A stretch of 64,000 nucleotides of DNA from Myxococcales bacterium. Its GTDB lineage: Bacteria > Myxococcota_A > Polyangia > Polyangiales > Polyangiaceae. The notes beneath the pieces were generated by a model. It was not told the DNA's origin and searched no databases. It saw only the letters and a program-made list of their open reading frames with translations. Of the stretch, positions 20,073 through 30,795 are shown in pieces. The translations under genes and the position numbers were made by a program. Positions within the stretch are counted from its first letter, which is position 1; each line of letters begins with the position of its first letter. The stretch spans positions 92,153 to 156,152 of the forward strand of contig JAYTOU010000031.1 of the NCBI GenBank assembly GCA_043747615.1. The letters are read 5' to 3'.

Positions 20073-21116
20073 AGTCGCTGGCGCCGCGGGCTGAGCCGCG
20101 TGCTTCGCTTGAAGCGCTTTCGATTCGTTCTCGAGGCGTCTGGCAGCATGGCCGATGATGGGAAGGAGCCGCCCTCTCTCCGACAGCTGACCTTCGTCGG
20201 CGCGTAGCTTCTCGGCGAGCCCTTGGTAGATACCGGCCCACCCGAGGCCAAGCCGATCGGCAGGAACCTTCACCGAATCGGCGACGGGATGGCCCGCGCC
20301 TTTCGCGACGGCGTCGACGTACTTGACCCACGTTCCCGGCACGAGGGGCTTACCCGCGTCCTCGGGGACGGCGGGCGGTTGCACGGCAAAGAGAAGCGCG
20401 AAGGGCCCGCTGGCGGCGAAGATCTTCATGTGCCGGGGCAAGGCGAGGGCGATCTGAGCGCGCTCGATCGCGGTCATTACGCCGAGCGCGTGGGCGTCCG
20501 CTTTCAGCGCGCCGGCATCGAGCGAAATCAGCGCGGAGAGCGCGTCGATCTTCTTCAACGGCGCGACGGCCCCGGCCTCGTCGGCGGTAAGCTTCTCCTT
20601 TTCCTGCTCGCTCTCCTGCGCCTTCAAATCATGCTTGATACGATCTCCGGCTCGACGCGCGTACATGAGCTCGCGCTGCGCCGCCGCAAAAGATTTCACG
20701 ATCGCGACGAGTGCGTCCTTGTTGGGGGCCTCTTTTTCGTCGGCGATGGCTTTCGAGGAGACCTTCGCGGCCACGTCGGCGACCGCCGCGTCTTCGTAGG
20801 CGCGCAGCTGCTCGAGATGCGCCTTGTCGTCGGAGCCGTACACGCGCTTCACGACGTCCATGCACGTCGCCTCGGTGGTGACCTTGTCGCCCCAGACTCC
20901 GCCAAACCAACACGCGGTCGCCAGCATCGTGAGATCGTGCGCGCTGTCGCCCACGTTCGGCATCGCCTTGGAGACCGGGGTGGTTGGGGCCGCGGTGGTC
21001 GCTCCGGTCGATGGCGGAGGAGCGCTCGCTGCACCGCCGCAAGCGGCCACGAAACACGTGAGGACAGGCATCAGCAAGTGCTTTGACCCAACAAGGGAGA
21101 ACGGCTGTCGATTCAT
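20040..21116 (-). CDS. Hypothetical helical lipoprotein
   Basis: Lipobox VAAC, Ala/Lys-rich helical body, aggagg RBS upstream of ATG at 21116. Confidence 0.75.
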   Translation of the reverse strand: MNRQPFSLVGSKHLLMPVLTCFVAACGGAASAPPPSTGATTAAPTTPVSKAMPNVGDSAHDLTMLATACWFGGVWGDKVTTEATCMDVVKRVYGSDDKAHLEQLRAYEDAAVADVAAKVSSKAIADEKEAPNKDALVAIVKSFAAAQRELMYARRAGDRIKHDLKAQESEQEKEKLTADEAGAVAPLKKIDALSALISLDAGALKADAHALGVMTAIERAQIALALPRHMKIFAASGPFALLFAVQPPAVPEDAGKPLVPGTWVKYVDAVAKGAGHPVADSVKVPADRLGLGWAGIYQGLAEKLRADEGQLSERGRLLPIIGHAARRLENESKALQAKHAAQPAAPATSPAKTAAPKK

Positions 21117-21214
21117 CGAAACCTCCTGGCTCTGAGCCACGCGATTGATTACGGCTCCGCAAGTCGCATGGGAATCGCCTGCGAGCAAGCCGTCTAGCTT
21201 CCCTCATCTCGCCA

Positions 21215-22684
21215 CTACTTGGGCGTGTCGCCGTCGACCCACGCCGTGAAGAGCCTTGCGCTCGGTGCGTCGAGTAGAATGTCGGGTGGCATTCGGCCTT
21301 CGCGGACCGCAGCCCGAACGAGCGTCGCTTGGCCCGCGAGCGCGCCATACGTGGAGAGATCGCGCGCGACTCCGTTGGCGTGGCAGCCAGCGCATCGCGC
21401 CTTGTAGAGGGGGGCGATGTCTTTTTCGTAGGAAGGGACGCGCCCGATGGGTGAGCGGTACTCGAACTGAATCTTTCGCGTGAGCTCGCGATCGTTTCGG
21501 TCCCGCGCGACCACGTCGATGCGGTGACGGCCGAAGGAAAGTTCTTTGAGATCCGTGACGCGTCCGCCGTCGGCGCCCCAGCCCCATGGTGCCTCTTTTC
21601 GTGAAGAAAGAGGGTGGTTGTCGACTAAGAAGGAGACGCTCTTCAGCGCTCCCGCGCGGGAGGTGAGCATCTCGAGCTCGAGCCGCGTGTCGAACGCGAC
21701 CGCTCCGTCCGTGATGCCCGAGGCGCGGAGGGTCTCTTCGACCTCTAGCCTGAAGGCGTCTCCTCGCTCGTCGATCACGAGTGCGATCGCGCCGGACTCG
21801 TCGTCTACCGCGATTCGCGCGTGAGGTCCGAACGCGAGGCCGCGGGCCAACGATTCCCATCGCTCGCCGTCGGTCCGCAGAATTTGCCCGCGCCAGCCGA
21901 CCCAAGCCCAGCCGCCGCCGCCGCCGACCACGTCGGGGAGACCGTCCTCGATGTCGGCGTGAAAAATTCGGATGCGGTCGGGAGCGACGATCGTGATCCC
22001 ACGTGCGGACGCCACCACGTTTCGGCGCGCATCGACGCTCGCGATCCCCCTGACCGCGCCGAGGTCCACGCCGGGCGCGGGATCGAGCCACGTCACGCCC
22101 GGATCATCTATGCGCATGCGACGAAGAGACGTACCGGTGCGCACCCAGGCTTCTCCTGGGATGCCGGTCGCCACGAGCTCCGAAATTTCCGCGCCGGCCT
22201 CCACGCTCAGCCACTTGCCTCGATGCCTAGCGTAGAGATCATTCGAGGTGGCCCAGAGAGCGTCGGCGCCGAGGTTCGCGAACGCGCGCGGAGAATTGAT
22301 GAAGCTCGGCAAGCGGGCCCGACGAACGAGCCCGCCGTCGAACGACACCGCACCGCCGCTTCCGAACCCGAGTGCTTGTCCGCTTCCGCGATCGCCGAAC
22401 GCCGAGACGACGAGGGTCTCCCCGGTTTCGCCCGGCACGCGATCAACCAGTTGGGTGTGGCCCTCGACGTCCACCGCGAGGATGCGACCGTCGCTGAGGG
22501 CAATGAAGCCGCTGCCTTGTGGCGCGAGCCATGCGGCGACGGCGTGGGCACCTTCGGGTAGGTTCATGCGCTTGGCCACGACGGGAAGGTGAGGCGAAGG
22601 ATGGACCGCGCGCTCCTCGATGGCGGCCGCACCTCCACACGCGGCCAGCGCAGGAAGGAGGAACGTGCAGAAGCGTGTCGTCAT
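21215..22684 (-). CDS. Lipoprotein: beta-propeller-like, Ig-like and C-terminal cytochrome c domains
   Basis: Lipobox LAAC, repeated short beta motifs, GRHRIDVVARD Ig-like strand, PSYEKDIAPLYKARCAGCH...GRMPP...WV. Confidence 0.75.
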   Translation of the reverse strand: MTTRFCTFLLPALAACGGAAAIEERAVHPSPHLPVVAKRMNLPEGAHAVAAWLAPQGSGFIALSDGRILAVDVEGHTQLVDRVPGETGETLVVSAFGDRGSGQALGFGSGGAVSFDGGLVRRARLPSFINSPRAFANLGADALWATSNDLYARHRGKWLSVEAGAEISELVATGIPGEAWVRTGTSLRRMRIDDPGVTWLDPAPGVDLGAVRGIASVDARRNVVASARGITIVAPDRIRIFHADIEDGLPDVVGGGGGWAWVGWRGQILRTDGERWESLARGLAFGPHARIAVDDESGAIALVIDERGDAFRLEVEETLRASGITDGAVAFDTRLELEMLTSRAGALKSVSFLVDNHPLSSRKEAPWGWGADGGRVTDLKELSFGRHRIDVVARDRNDRELTRKIQFEYRSPIGRVPSYEKDIAPLYKARCAGCHANGVARDLSTYGALAGQATLVRAAVREGRMPPDILLDAPSARLFTAWVDGDTPK

Positions 22685-25600
22685 CGAGCGTCCTCGATTC
22701 TAAAGCGGTAGGCGGCGCCGATCGAACCGCCGGCGCGACGACGACTCGACGCGGGAGCGCCGACGAGGAGCCACGCCGCCGCTCCATGGCGCGAGACGGC
22801 AACGGACGAACCGAACGCGCTGCGCTCCGAAAGATTTCCTACCGCGGTCAACCACGGATCACCAAGGAGCACGCTGTCGGAGACGGCCCCCCCGCGCAGC
22901 ACGCGCACTTCCCCGGCAAACGCTCCTTCGTCGGAGTCGTCGCTCCAGCCGATGGCGAGCTCCGCCACGTGGTCACCGGTCATATCGCCGAGAGCGATGG
23001 ACGCGCCAAAGCCCCGCTCGACTCCGTTCGACGGAAGGATGCGCCGCGAAGGAGAGCCGAGCGTGTGCACCGCAAGAACGTTCCAGTCCTTCTCGGACCA
23101 CAGCGTTCCGGTGTGCCCTTCGGGGCATACGTGGCGCGGGCAAAGGCTGGCGAGGAAGGCCCCGGAGATGATTTCGATCGCCGGACCGCGGAGTCCTCCG
23201 AATGCCAGATCGAGATCGCGATAGACGAGATCGGGGACGCCATCGCCCGTGAAGTCACCGCTACCCCGAGCGAGGCTTTGGCCCATCGTGGTGGGCGCCC
23301 CGCGGAGATCGAGCGTGTCGTCGGCGCGCTTGGTCGGGTCTCCGGCGACGTTGTTGACGAGCGGGTGATCGTCCGGCACGAGGCGCAGAACGAACGGCGT
23401 GCGACGTCCTTGGCAGCGCGTGCCAGTCACGTCGTACCCGAAGGCGACGAGGATCCCGGCCCGCGCCGGATTGCCAGGAATGAAATTCGATCGCGACATC
23501 GAAAGCGCGATCTCGTCACAGCCGTCGCGATCGAGATCGCCAATGGCGGCGACTGCCAACCCAACATGGACGGGATCGGCAGCCGTGGCGGGAGGCAGCG
23601 CGAATGCCCCGCGCACTCCCGACTGGCCGAGGTTGCACGCGATGACGGTCTTGCCGCCAGGATCGCGTTTGCGCCCGAGGACTACTTCGGCTCCACCTGA
23701 CTCACGATTTCCGGGACGGCCGATGACGAGATCGTCTTTCTTGTCCCCGTTGACGTCGCCCGCTGCGATCGCGAATCCCGTGCGATTTTGCCAGTACTTT
23801 GGGCCACCGTCCTCGTGAGCGTTCTCGCGGGGCGCGGTGATCCGAAATGTTTCCACGAGCGCGTCCTTCTCGGGCGAATAAATTCGTACGACGCCGCGCC
23901 CCGCGACGCTGGCAGGATTCGCTCCCTTCGCATCGAGCGCCAAGCATCCGTCCGGATCGACGAAATCCGCACCCGGTGGGCCACCGGCAGACTCGTTGGG
24001 ATCGCCCACGGCGATGTCAGTTACGCCGTCGCCGTCGAAGTCGAGGCTGACGAGCGGGCCACCGCCGAGCTGCGCATTGTCGCGCTCGATCCAGGCGCGA
24101 GCGCTCGGTTTCGCAGGGTCGGTCGTGAAGAGATCGACCGTTCCGGTGCGGAGGCGCTCACCCGCCGGACGACCGCCGCTTGCTGGCGAATGCGCGCCCG
24201 GTGCCCCGACCACGGCGACGGGGTCTCCGGTGCGATCGAAGGCCGCAAAGGCGACCGCCGCCCCCGCGCGATCGCCGGCCCCAAAATTCGCGAGCGGAAG
24301 CGAGACGCGCTTCCCCCACCGCGCCGCGATGGGAGCTGGGCTCGGCGGCACGAAATCGATCGCCCCCACCAACGGACCCACCGCCGTCGTTCGCCATGGT
24401 GCGAGCACCGCGAGGCCTCCGACAGAGGATCCGTCGCCCACGCGGGTGACGCGCATCCCTTCGAGATCGGAGCTTGCCGAGGCCAGCTCTGCGATCGGAG
24501 CGAGTGTGCCCTTCAGGATCTGAGGAACCGAAAAGACGAGGAGTGTGCCTGGCGCCGCATTGGCCGACACCGCGCCAACGACGAGCTCCGTTCCGGGGAG
24601 GGGATCGACGTTGCCGAGCGCTGCGCTCCGCCCAACCCCTCGATTTGCAGCGGCTCCGTAAAAATGGGCACTTGACGCGTTCGTCGTCAAAACGCGCACC
24701 CGATTTTTCTGAGGCAACGACCCGAGAGATCCTGGCGCGAACGTCCACATTCCGCCTGCTTGCGCGAGCGCGGCCCCGGTCGGCGCCTTCGACGTAAAGA
24801 ACGGAGCGCGCACGAGAAGCACTGCCGGACCGTTCGCCGAATCGCGCACGACGTCGAGCCCGCTCCCGAAGGCGGCATTGTCGACGCGGATTGATGGGTC
24901 CAGATGAATCGCCCATGTCGGAGTGTCTACAAATCTTCCATCGCCTCTCCCGCGGTAGACGAGGACCGAACCTTGCGAGCGGCCCGCGCTCGGAAACGAG
25001 GTTCCCGGTGCGCCGACCACGAGGTCGAGGTTCTTGTCATTGTCGAGATCAATCACTGCCAGCGCGCGACCCGCGCCGAGTGGGGTGGGGCTGCACACCG
25101 TCGGTGCCTCCGCCAAATCCGAGAGCGGCTCGCGAACGTCGATGACCTGCGATGGAAACGCGGCCATCACTCCCCGCGCGCGCTTCTCGTTGTGGATGAC
25201 GTAAACGCGTCCCCCTTCGCAGGCCGGGGCGAACGGATTTTTGGCGCCAGGAGCGCTGGCAATGATCTCCGGTGCGCCGTCTCCGTCGAGATCGGCGGCG
25301 ATCACGGCAGAGCCGAAGCGGTGGTTCGGGCTCTCCCCGGCGAGGACGCGATCAGGCTCCTTTTCCAGGCCGTGTTTCGATCCGAGGTAAATCGAAACCG
25401 CACCGCGATCGTTCTCTCCGAGATCTTCTTCGGGCACGCCGGAGAGCAGGTCGTCGATGCCGTCGCCGTTCATGTCCGCCACCACGAGCGTCGTTCCGTG
25501 GTGGTCGCCCGCGTGATCGCCTTCGACCACGACCACGGGCTCGGCGAGCGTGCCCCCCTCTGTCCCGTAGGCGACGAGGATTCCGCCCGCTTCGAAGGCG

Positions 25601-26538
25601 ATCTTGCTTCGCTCGGCGTGTCCGATGACGAGGTCCGGGCGGCCATCTCCGTTGAGGTCACCGCTTGCGAGATCACCGAGGCTTGTCTGCGTGCCGCGTA
25701 CGATGGAGGGGGCGCCGAGCGTCTCGCCAATGATCACGCGCACGGTGGCCGTCTCGTGGGTGACGGCGTCGGTGACGGTGACGTCCGTTGCGCTGGAGTG
25801 CGCGTCGTCGGCCTCGAAGATCATTACGCCGTCCTCGAGCAGCACCTTCCCGGCGCTTGCCGTGCGCGCGTTGATGCTGCCCGATCCGCCGCGCCACTCG
25901 AGACGAATGCGCCCCCCTTGGGGCACGGCGACGATCGACGAGCGCGCGCGGAGGGGAGAGAGCTTTCCGATGGTGACCGTGAGCCGCGCTTCGCGTCCGG
26001 TGTACGCGTCGCGCGCTTCGACCTGGTAGGTGCCGTCGAGCACGCCTGCGGAGAACGTCCCTTGCGGGTCGATGCTGCCGACGACACCGCTCCCCGCCGG
26101 CCCATCGAGGACGCGGTAGACGACGGTTCCGAGAGCGCCGGTCGCCACGAAGTGCACCGACCCGCCGTGCGGGAGCGCGACTGCGCGAGGCTCAACCTCG
26201 AACGGACCGACGACTTCGACGTCACCACGCGCTTCGACACCGCACATTCCATCACGCGCGATCGCCGTGAAGCGGGCCGCCCGAGCTCCGGCGCGCAGGC
26301 CTCCTCCGGGCTCGATATGTGCGCCGCGCGTCTCGCCCTCCAGCGCGAAGATCGCCGCGCCCGACCCACCGATTGCGTGGAGGCCGACGGCAGACGCCGT
26401 AGCAACGCGCACATTACCGGGCTCGATCCGAAGAGGAAGGCACCCGCCGCTCGACAGTGCGTCGGCGCGCGCGTGGTCGCTCACCACGACGAGAGACAGC
26501 AGACCCAGCGTCGCCGTGAGCGCCCGCAGATGCATCAT
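22681..26538 (-). CDS. Large exported FG-GAP/integrin-alpha-like repeat protein
   Basis: Many DxNGDGxxD Ca-binding loops (DLNGDGRPD, DMNGDGIDD, DLDGDGAPE, DFDGDGVTD, DVNGDKKDD) with FG..GAP motifs; ATGA-coupled start. Confidence 0.85.
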   Translation of the reverse strand: MMHLRALTATLGLLSLVVVSDHARADALSSGGCLPLRIEPGNVRVATASAVGLHAIGGSGAAIFALEGETRGAHIEPGGGLRAGARAARFTAIARDGMCGVEARGDVEVVGPFEVEPRAVALPHGGSVHFVATGALGTVVYRVLDGPAGSGVVGSIDPQGTFSAGVLDGTYQVEARDAYTGREARLTVTIGKLSPLRARSSIVAVPQGGRIRLEWRGGSGSINARTASAGKVLLEDGVMIFEADDAHSSATDVTVTDAVTHETATVRVIIGETLGAPSIVRGTQTSLGDLASGDLNGDGRPDLVIGHAERSKIAFEAGGILVAYGTEGGTLAEPVVVVEGDHAGDHHGTTLVVADMNGDGIDDLLSGVPEEDLGENDRGAVSIYLGSKHGLEKEPDRVLAGESPNHRFGSAVIAADLDGDGAPEIIASAPGAKNPFAPACEGGRVYVIHNEKRARGVMAAFPSQVIDVREPLSDLAEAPTVCSPTPLGAGRALAVIDLDNDKNLDLVVGAPGTSFPSAGRSQGSVLVYRGRGDGRFVDTPTWAIHLDPSIRVDNAAFGSGLDVVRDSANGPAVLLVRAPFFTSKAPTGAALAQAGGMWTFAPGSLGSLPQKNRVRVLTTNASSAHFYGAAANRGVGRSAALGNVDPLPGTELVVGAVSANAAPGTLLVFSVPQILKGTLAPIAELASASSDLEGMRVTRVGDGSSVGGLAVLAPWRTTAVGPLVGAIDFVPPSPAPIAARWGKRVSLPLANFGAGDRAGAAVAFAAFDRTGDPVAVVGAPGAHSPASGGRPAGERLRTGTVDLFTTDPAKPSARAWIERDNAQLGGGPLVSLDFDGDGVTDIAVGDPNESAGGPPGADFVDPDGCLALDAKGANPASVAGRGVVRIYSPEKDALVETFRITAPRENAHEDGGPKYWQNRTGFAIAAGDVNGDKKDDLVIGRPGNRESGGAEVVLGRKRDPGGKTVIACNLGQSGVRGAFALPPATAADPVHVGLAVAAIGDLDRDGCDEIALSMSRSNFIPGNPARAGILVAFGYDVTGTRCQGRRTPFVLRLVPDDHPLVNNVAGDPTKRADDTLDLRGAPTTMGQSLARGSGDFTGDGVPDLVYRDLDLAFGGLRGPAIEIISGAFLASLCPRHVCPEGHTGTLWSEKDWNVLAVHTLGSPSRRILPSNGVERGFGASIALGDMTGDHVAELAIGWSDDSDEGAFAGEVRVLRGGAVSDSVLLGDPWLTAVGNLSERSAFGSSVAVSRHGAAAWLLVGAPASSRRRAGGSIGAAYRFRIEDAR

Positions 26539-27971
26539 GCTCCCGGACGGAGGAGCGCCTGGAGAGGCCTCACGCGCAGGATGTAAGGATCGAGTCCCGC
26601 GCTCGCCAGCAATGTCGCTCCGATGTGCTCGGGCATGATGTTTTCTCCACCGTCCTTCACGACTTGGCTGGCTTTGAAGTCGTAGCGTCCCGGTCCCATG
26701 CCCACGTCGCCCGAAGAGCCGACCACTTGATTGCCGATGATCCCCGCGCCGGCGATCAGGCACGAGCTGCACAGGTGGTGATCCCGCCCTCCAAATTGGT
26801 TGAAGAGCGGCGTGCGTGAAAATTCACTGAAGGCGACAATCGTCGTGTGATCGAGCCATTTTTGGCCGCCGACGCGCTGCAGCTCGGGTGGTGCGTCGGA
26901 GCGCGCCAGATCGTCGATGAGCGCGCTGAGCGCCGCGACTCCCGGGTAGAGTGCATCGGCGTGCACTTGATTGGTGCCGAAGTGAGTGTCCGTTCCGTTG
27001 CCGATCATGACCGACACGCATTGAGCGACCTGCTGCTTGATGGCCTGGGCGACGAAGGCCGCGCGCGCGCCTGGCGATCCTGCGTCCCCCTTCGGGAAGC
27101 CGTACTGAGCGCGGATCTGCTCGCTGCCGGGGTCGGTGCCGGTCGCAAATCGAAATTTGCCGGCGAGCCGGGATGCGAGCGTGGAGCGTGCGGTGGCATC
27201 CGCGCCGCGCATCCGCGACAGGAGGCCACGCCGATCGTAGACGTTGACGTCGCACGAAGCCGTGGTCTTCGCGTACGCGCTGAGCGCGTCTTCCACAGCG
27301 TCGCGTTCGAGGAGGTCTTTTCCTCGCTCGAGCACGAGGAGCATGTCGTCGATGCTGTCCACGCGCATGGCGTTGAACGTCCCGGGGTGACGATCGTTGT
27401 ACGCCTCGACCCGCAGGGAGATCGCCGGCAAGGGAAGGGCGGAGCGCATCTGGGCAGCTGCCTCCGTGGCGAGGCTCGTCCCGCGTGCAGTGAGCCCCAC
27501 CGGAAACTTTCCTGTGAGAAAATAGCGGTACCCTACCTCGTGCCCGAGGGTGCCCATGTTGATTCCACGCACGATGGCGATGCGGCTCGCGTACGTCGAA
27601 AGCTTCGGTCCGAGCTGGCCCGGCTTTTCCGCCGCGGGACCGAACGTCAGGTTTCCGGCACGTACGAGCCGCGATGCGAAGCCGTTGTGACCTTCGAGAT
27701 TTCCGTACCGCGTCTCCGTGAGCGTCGTGCTCCGATTCGAGTCGTCGAAGAGCTTGTCGTTCGCGTCGGGGTCGCGCGGATCCAAGAAAAGGAGCTGATC
27801 CCACCCGCCCGGGAAGTAGCAGAAGACGAACCTGCGGGTCGACGCCGACGCCGCGCGCGCGATCTCCGGGAACCCGACGCGCGAGGCGAGTGCGAATGCA
27901 GAGAGCCCCATGACGCCGCGCAGTACGCTTCGCCGCGAAACCTCGCTCCGGCCGTTTTTGTCGCGCTTCAT
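26535..27971 (-). CDS. DUF1501-family protein with Tat leader
   Basis: SRRSVL Tat motif, FCYFPGGWDQ, DTH, FSEFSRTP, GGRDHH, GAGIIG. Confidence 0.85.
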   Translation of the reverse strand: MKRDKNGRSEVSRRSVLRGVMGLSAFALASRVGFPEIARAASASTRRFVFCYFPGGWDQLLFLDPRDPDANDKLFDDSNRSTTLTETRYGNLEGHNGFASRLVRAGNLTFGPAAEKPGQLGPKLSTYASRIAIVRGINMGTLGHEVGYRYFLTGKFPVGLTARGTSLATEAAAQMRSALPLPAISLRVEAYNDRHPGTFNAMRVDSIDDMLLVLERGKDLLERDAVEDALSAYAKTTASCDVNVYDRRGLLSRMRGADATARSTLASRLAGKFRFATGTDPGSEQIRAQYGFPKGDAGSPGARAAFVAQAIKQQVAQCVSVMIGNGTDTHFGTNQVHADALYPGVAALSALIDDLARSDAPPELQRVGGQKWLDHTTIVAFSEFSRTPLFNQFGGRDHHLCSSCLIAGAGIIGNQVVGSSGDVGMGPGRYDFKASQVVKDGGENIMPEHIGATLLASAGLDPYILRVRPLQALLRPGA

Positions 27972-27982
27972 TCGTCTCTCCC

Positions 27983-28744
27983 TCAGTACGTAAGGAACTG
28001 TGGATCGTTCGCCATTGCGATGCAGACCGCTCTCCACCCGTCCGCCGCCGTCGCCTGCGCGCGCACCGCGCCGCTCGTGTCCTTGCTCGGTCCCGCCGTC
28101 GACGCTCGCTCGAAGAGCGACACGAGGGGCATGAGCTGCGGGTCCGCGGGGCTCACGGCACGCCCCCAGAACCGAAGCGCGAGGTACGACATATTATTCC
28201 TGATGGCGGCCGCGTTGCTTCGAAGCGAATCGTTCGGCGCCGCGAAGACGAGGAGCCTTCGCTGCCAGTGCTGAGCGAGATCGGATTCAACCGAAGCGCG
28301 GCACGCCACCCGCGACGCGTCGTTTGCAAGCTTCGCGAACGTCACCGCGGGATCGACGCTGGCGTTCGTCGACGTCACGTAGTCGGGGCGACCGAGCGTG
28401 GCAGCGAGCGCCTCGAGCATGTCCGCGTCGGGAAGCTGCGTGCTTCCATTCGGGGAGTCCGGATCCGATACGCGCCGCGACGCCACCCACGTGAAGCCGG
28501 TGGCTGCGAGCAGTGACGCCCGCAGCTGGTCGACGCTGAGCCGCCGACCGGCACGGCCTACGCGCTCGTTACCAGAGGCGACGTCGCCCATCGGAACAGG
28601 CGGATGTCCCTCGGGAAGAGGCGCGAGCTCCACCAGCGAAGCCTTGCCGGCCATCGCGCGCGCGGCGGGAAGCGACGTCGGGCCGCGGCTGCAGCCAAGG
28701 AGCGCAGCACACGAAACGCCTAAGAAATAGGGCGATCTGAGCAT
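27983..28744 (-). CDS. Hypothetical lipoprotein of the DUF1501 operon
   Basis: Lipobox LLGC, RRLSVDQL, TLGRPDY, WRAVCIAMANDPQFLTY; start overlaps the upstream stop. Confidence 0.75.
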   Translation of the reverse strand: MLRSPYFLGVSCAALLGCSRGPTSLPAARAMAGKASLVELAPLPEGHPPVPMGDVASGNERVGRAGRRLSVDQLRASLLAATGFTWVASRRVSDPDSPNGSTQLPDADMLEALAATLGRPDYVTSTNASVDPAVTFAKLANDASRVACRASVESDLAQHWQRRLLVFAAPNDSLRSNAAAIRNNMSYLALRFWGRAVSPADPQLMPLVSLFERASTAGPSKDTSGAVRAQATAADGWRAVCIAMANDPQFLTY

Positions 28745-30795
28745 CAGTCGACCCGTCTGTAAGCGGGCGAGGTCACGATCGCGCGCACCAGCTCGCGGTA
28801 ACTGTGATGACTCCCGTCGAAGCGGAGGACCAGATCGTCGAGTGTGCTTCCCATCTCGGCGTCGCTCATCGGACGCCCGAGGAGCTTCGTCCACGTGCTT
28901 CGCACCGTGCACTTCTGCAGCTCGCCCGACACGATCGCGCTCGCCACGAGACCGGCCGGCCCCTCGTCGATGTGGGTCTCTTCCTCCTTCGCGCGGTACA
29001 AATATCCGCGGAGCGTCCCGGCGTAGCGCGCGCCGTTCGCGTCGACCGTGTCGACCACGTACTGAGTGCGGCAGCGCGGCGTGCAGCCCTGACCGGTGAG
29101 GGCGCACTGCTGGCAATAGGGATCGAACGCCGGGAATTCACGAGGCGAAAGGTACTTCGCGCTGCGCTCGGCCCATCGCCCGAAATAGGCCGTCATCGGC
29201 TCGATCGCGGAGTGGCAGTTCTTGCAGCCACAGCGCCGGCCGAGGTTCGGTTCGCGCGTGCACGGATCGTCGGGCGAGGGGAGCGACGCGCTTCCGGGCG
29301 TGAAGGGTCGGCACATGAATGCCGAGCGAAATTGCGACACGCGCGCGCGCCACGTGGGGAACCGCCCCAAGTACGCGGGGGTGGTGAGCACGCCGGCATG
29401 CTCGGCGTCGCGGACGTACTCGTGAAATGCGAGATCGTCGTAGGCGACGTTCGGAAGCGTGTCTTTCGGCGCGGGCGCTCCCAGCTCTAGCCCTTGAACC
29501 GAGGGGAGCTGGTTCTTGTAGAGGAACGCCAGCGGGCCGGTGACGAAGGATCTCCGTGTCGTGAAGATTTCGAAGTAGTCCTCGTTTCGCTGGATCACGG
29601 AGGACACGATGCGCAGGGGCTCCTCGTTCAGCGCGCTTCGGATCAGATACTCGGTGCGCGAGGGAAGGGGAGCGTTGAAGCCCACTGCGGGCATGCAGTA
29701 GAGCCCGCCTGGGCCGCACCCGCACGAGGAGTCACGGAGCGTGCTCCCGGCGCATGGCGAGCCGCTGTAGACGCTGCTCTCTCTTTCTTGCGCCTCGTAC
29801 GCGCACGTTCGGATCTCCGTCGTCTTCGACCAGTAGTGCTTCATCCGCCGGAAACCTTCGCGACGCTCGCGAAACGCGTTCTCGGGATCGTTGGGCATGA
29901 CGGCGTTCGTACATGCGTTGAGCACGCGATGAGGGTGCGACGCGGGGCAGTGCATTCCCAGGGGATCGAGCTCGTGCGGCTTCGCGTCAGGCCCCTTCTC
30001 CCTCATCGCCGCGTAAAATTCGGGCTTCTGCTTGTAGTCCGAAGCTCCGCGCTCCGCGTCGGACTTGCTCGAACAGAAGTTCGGGCAGTGCGTGCTGTCG
30101 TGGTACGGGAGCGGCACGGCGTCGGCGTCGTAGTAGCGATACGAGCGCTTCACGTTGTCCGAGCCCGTGACCGCGTACGAAAGAGCTTTCGCGGAGGGCG
30201 GCGGATACTCGAGCGTCGGATCGCAACCCTGCGAGCTCGAGCCGCGAAGAAGTCGTTCGATGTTTCCGTCGCCAAAGAAGACGAAGCCGTGCGGCGGCTT
30301 GCGCTTGCTCGGGAGCGTACCCTTTGGTGCCGGACCGTCCTCGAGCAACGTAGGGTCCGGGGAAAATTGCCCTCCGATGCGCCGAGACGTCTTGTCGTCG
30401 AAGTCGGAGGCGACGATCGGCCCGCCTCTCACGTGAAAGCCATCGAGGTTCGGCCAGAGAAGCGCGCGATGCCAGCTCTCGACTTGCGTCAGAAATTCAT
30501 CGGAGCGGAGCATTTCGTCGATCATCGAATCGGGGACGCCGTTCGCCGCTGCGACCCGCGTGAGCTCGTCCATCGAAGGGGGGCGGCCGCGCAGATCGAG
30601 GGAGAGCTGACGGAGGTAATGGGTCGGATCGGCGGTGCACGCAGGGCATGCAGCCTGCGCGTTCGCGGGCGCAGCGGCGGGACGAGCCGCGATGGACGGT
30701 CCGGCATTTTCCGGGCTGCCCAATCCTCCTCCGCAGGACGCGGCGAGGATGAGGCTGAGAGCGGCGACCGCTCCGTGGAAGTTGATCTGCGTCAC
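28744..30795 (-). CDS. Cys-rich DUF1549/DUF1585/DUF1588-like lipoprotein with CxxCH
   Basis: Lipobox AASC, YLRQLSLDLRGRPPS, HAGVLTTPAYL, CKNCHSAIEP, LVRAIVTSPAYRR. Confidence 0.8.
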   Translation of the reverse strand: MTQINFHGAVAALSLILAASCGGGLGSPENAGPSIAARPAAAPANAQAACPACTADPTHYLRQLSLDLRGRPPSMDELTRVAAANGVPDSMIDEMLRSDEFLTQVESWHRALLWPNLDGFHVRGGPIVASDFDDKTSRRIGGQFSPDPTLLEDGPAPKGTLPSKRKPPHGFVFFGDGNIERLLRGSSSQGCDPTLEYPPPSAKALSYAVTGSDNVKRSYRYYDADAVPLPYHDSTHCPNFCSSKSDAERGASDYKQKPEFYAAMREKGPDAKPHELDPLGMHCPASHPHRVLNACTNAVMPNDPENAFRERREGFRRMKHYWSKTTEIRTCAYEAQERESSVYSGSPCAGSTLRDSSCGCGPGGLYCMPAVGFNAPLPSRTEYLIRSALNEEPLRIVSSVIQRNEDYFEIFTTRRSFVTGPLAFLYKNQLPSVQGLELGAPAPKDTLPNVAYDDLAFHEYVRDAEHAGVLTTPAYLGRFPTWRARVSQFRSAFMCRPFTPGSASLPSPDDPCTREPNLGRRCGCKNCHSAIEPMTAYFGRWAERSAKYLSPREFPAFDPYCQQCALTGQGCTPRCRTQYVVDTVDANGARYAGTLRGYLYRAKEEETHIDEGPAGLVASAIVSGELQKCTVRSTWTKLLGRPMSDAEMGSTLDDLVLRFDGSHHSYRELVRAIVTSPAYRRVD

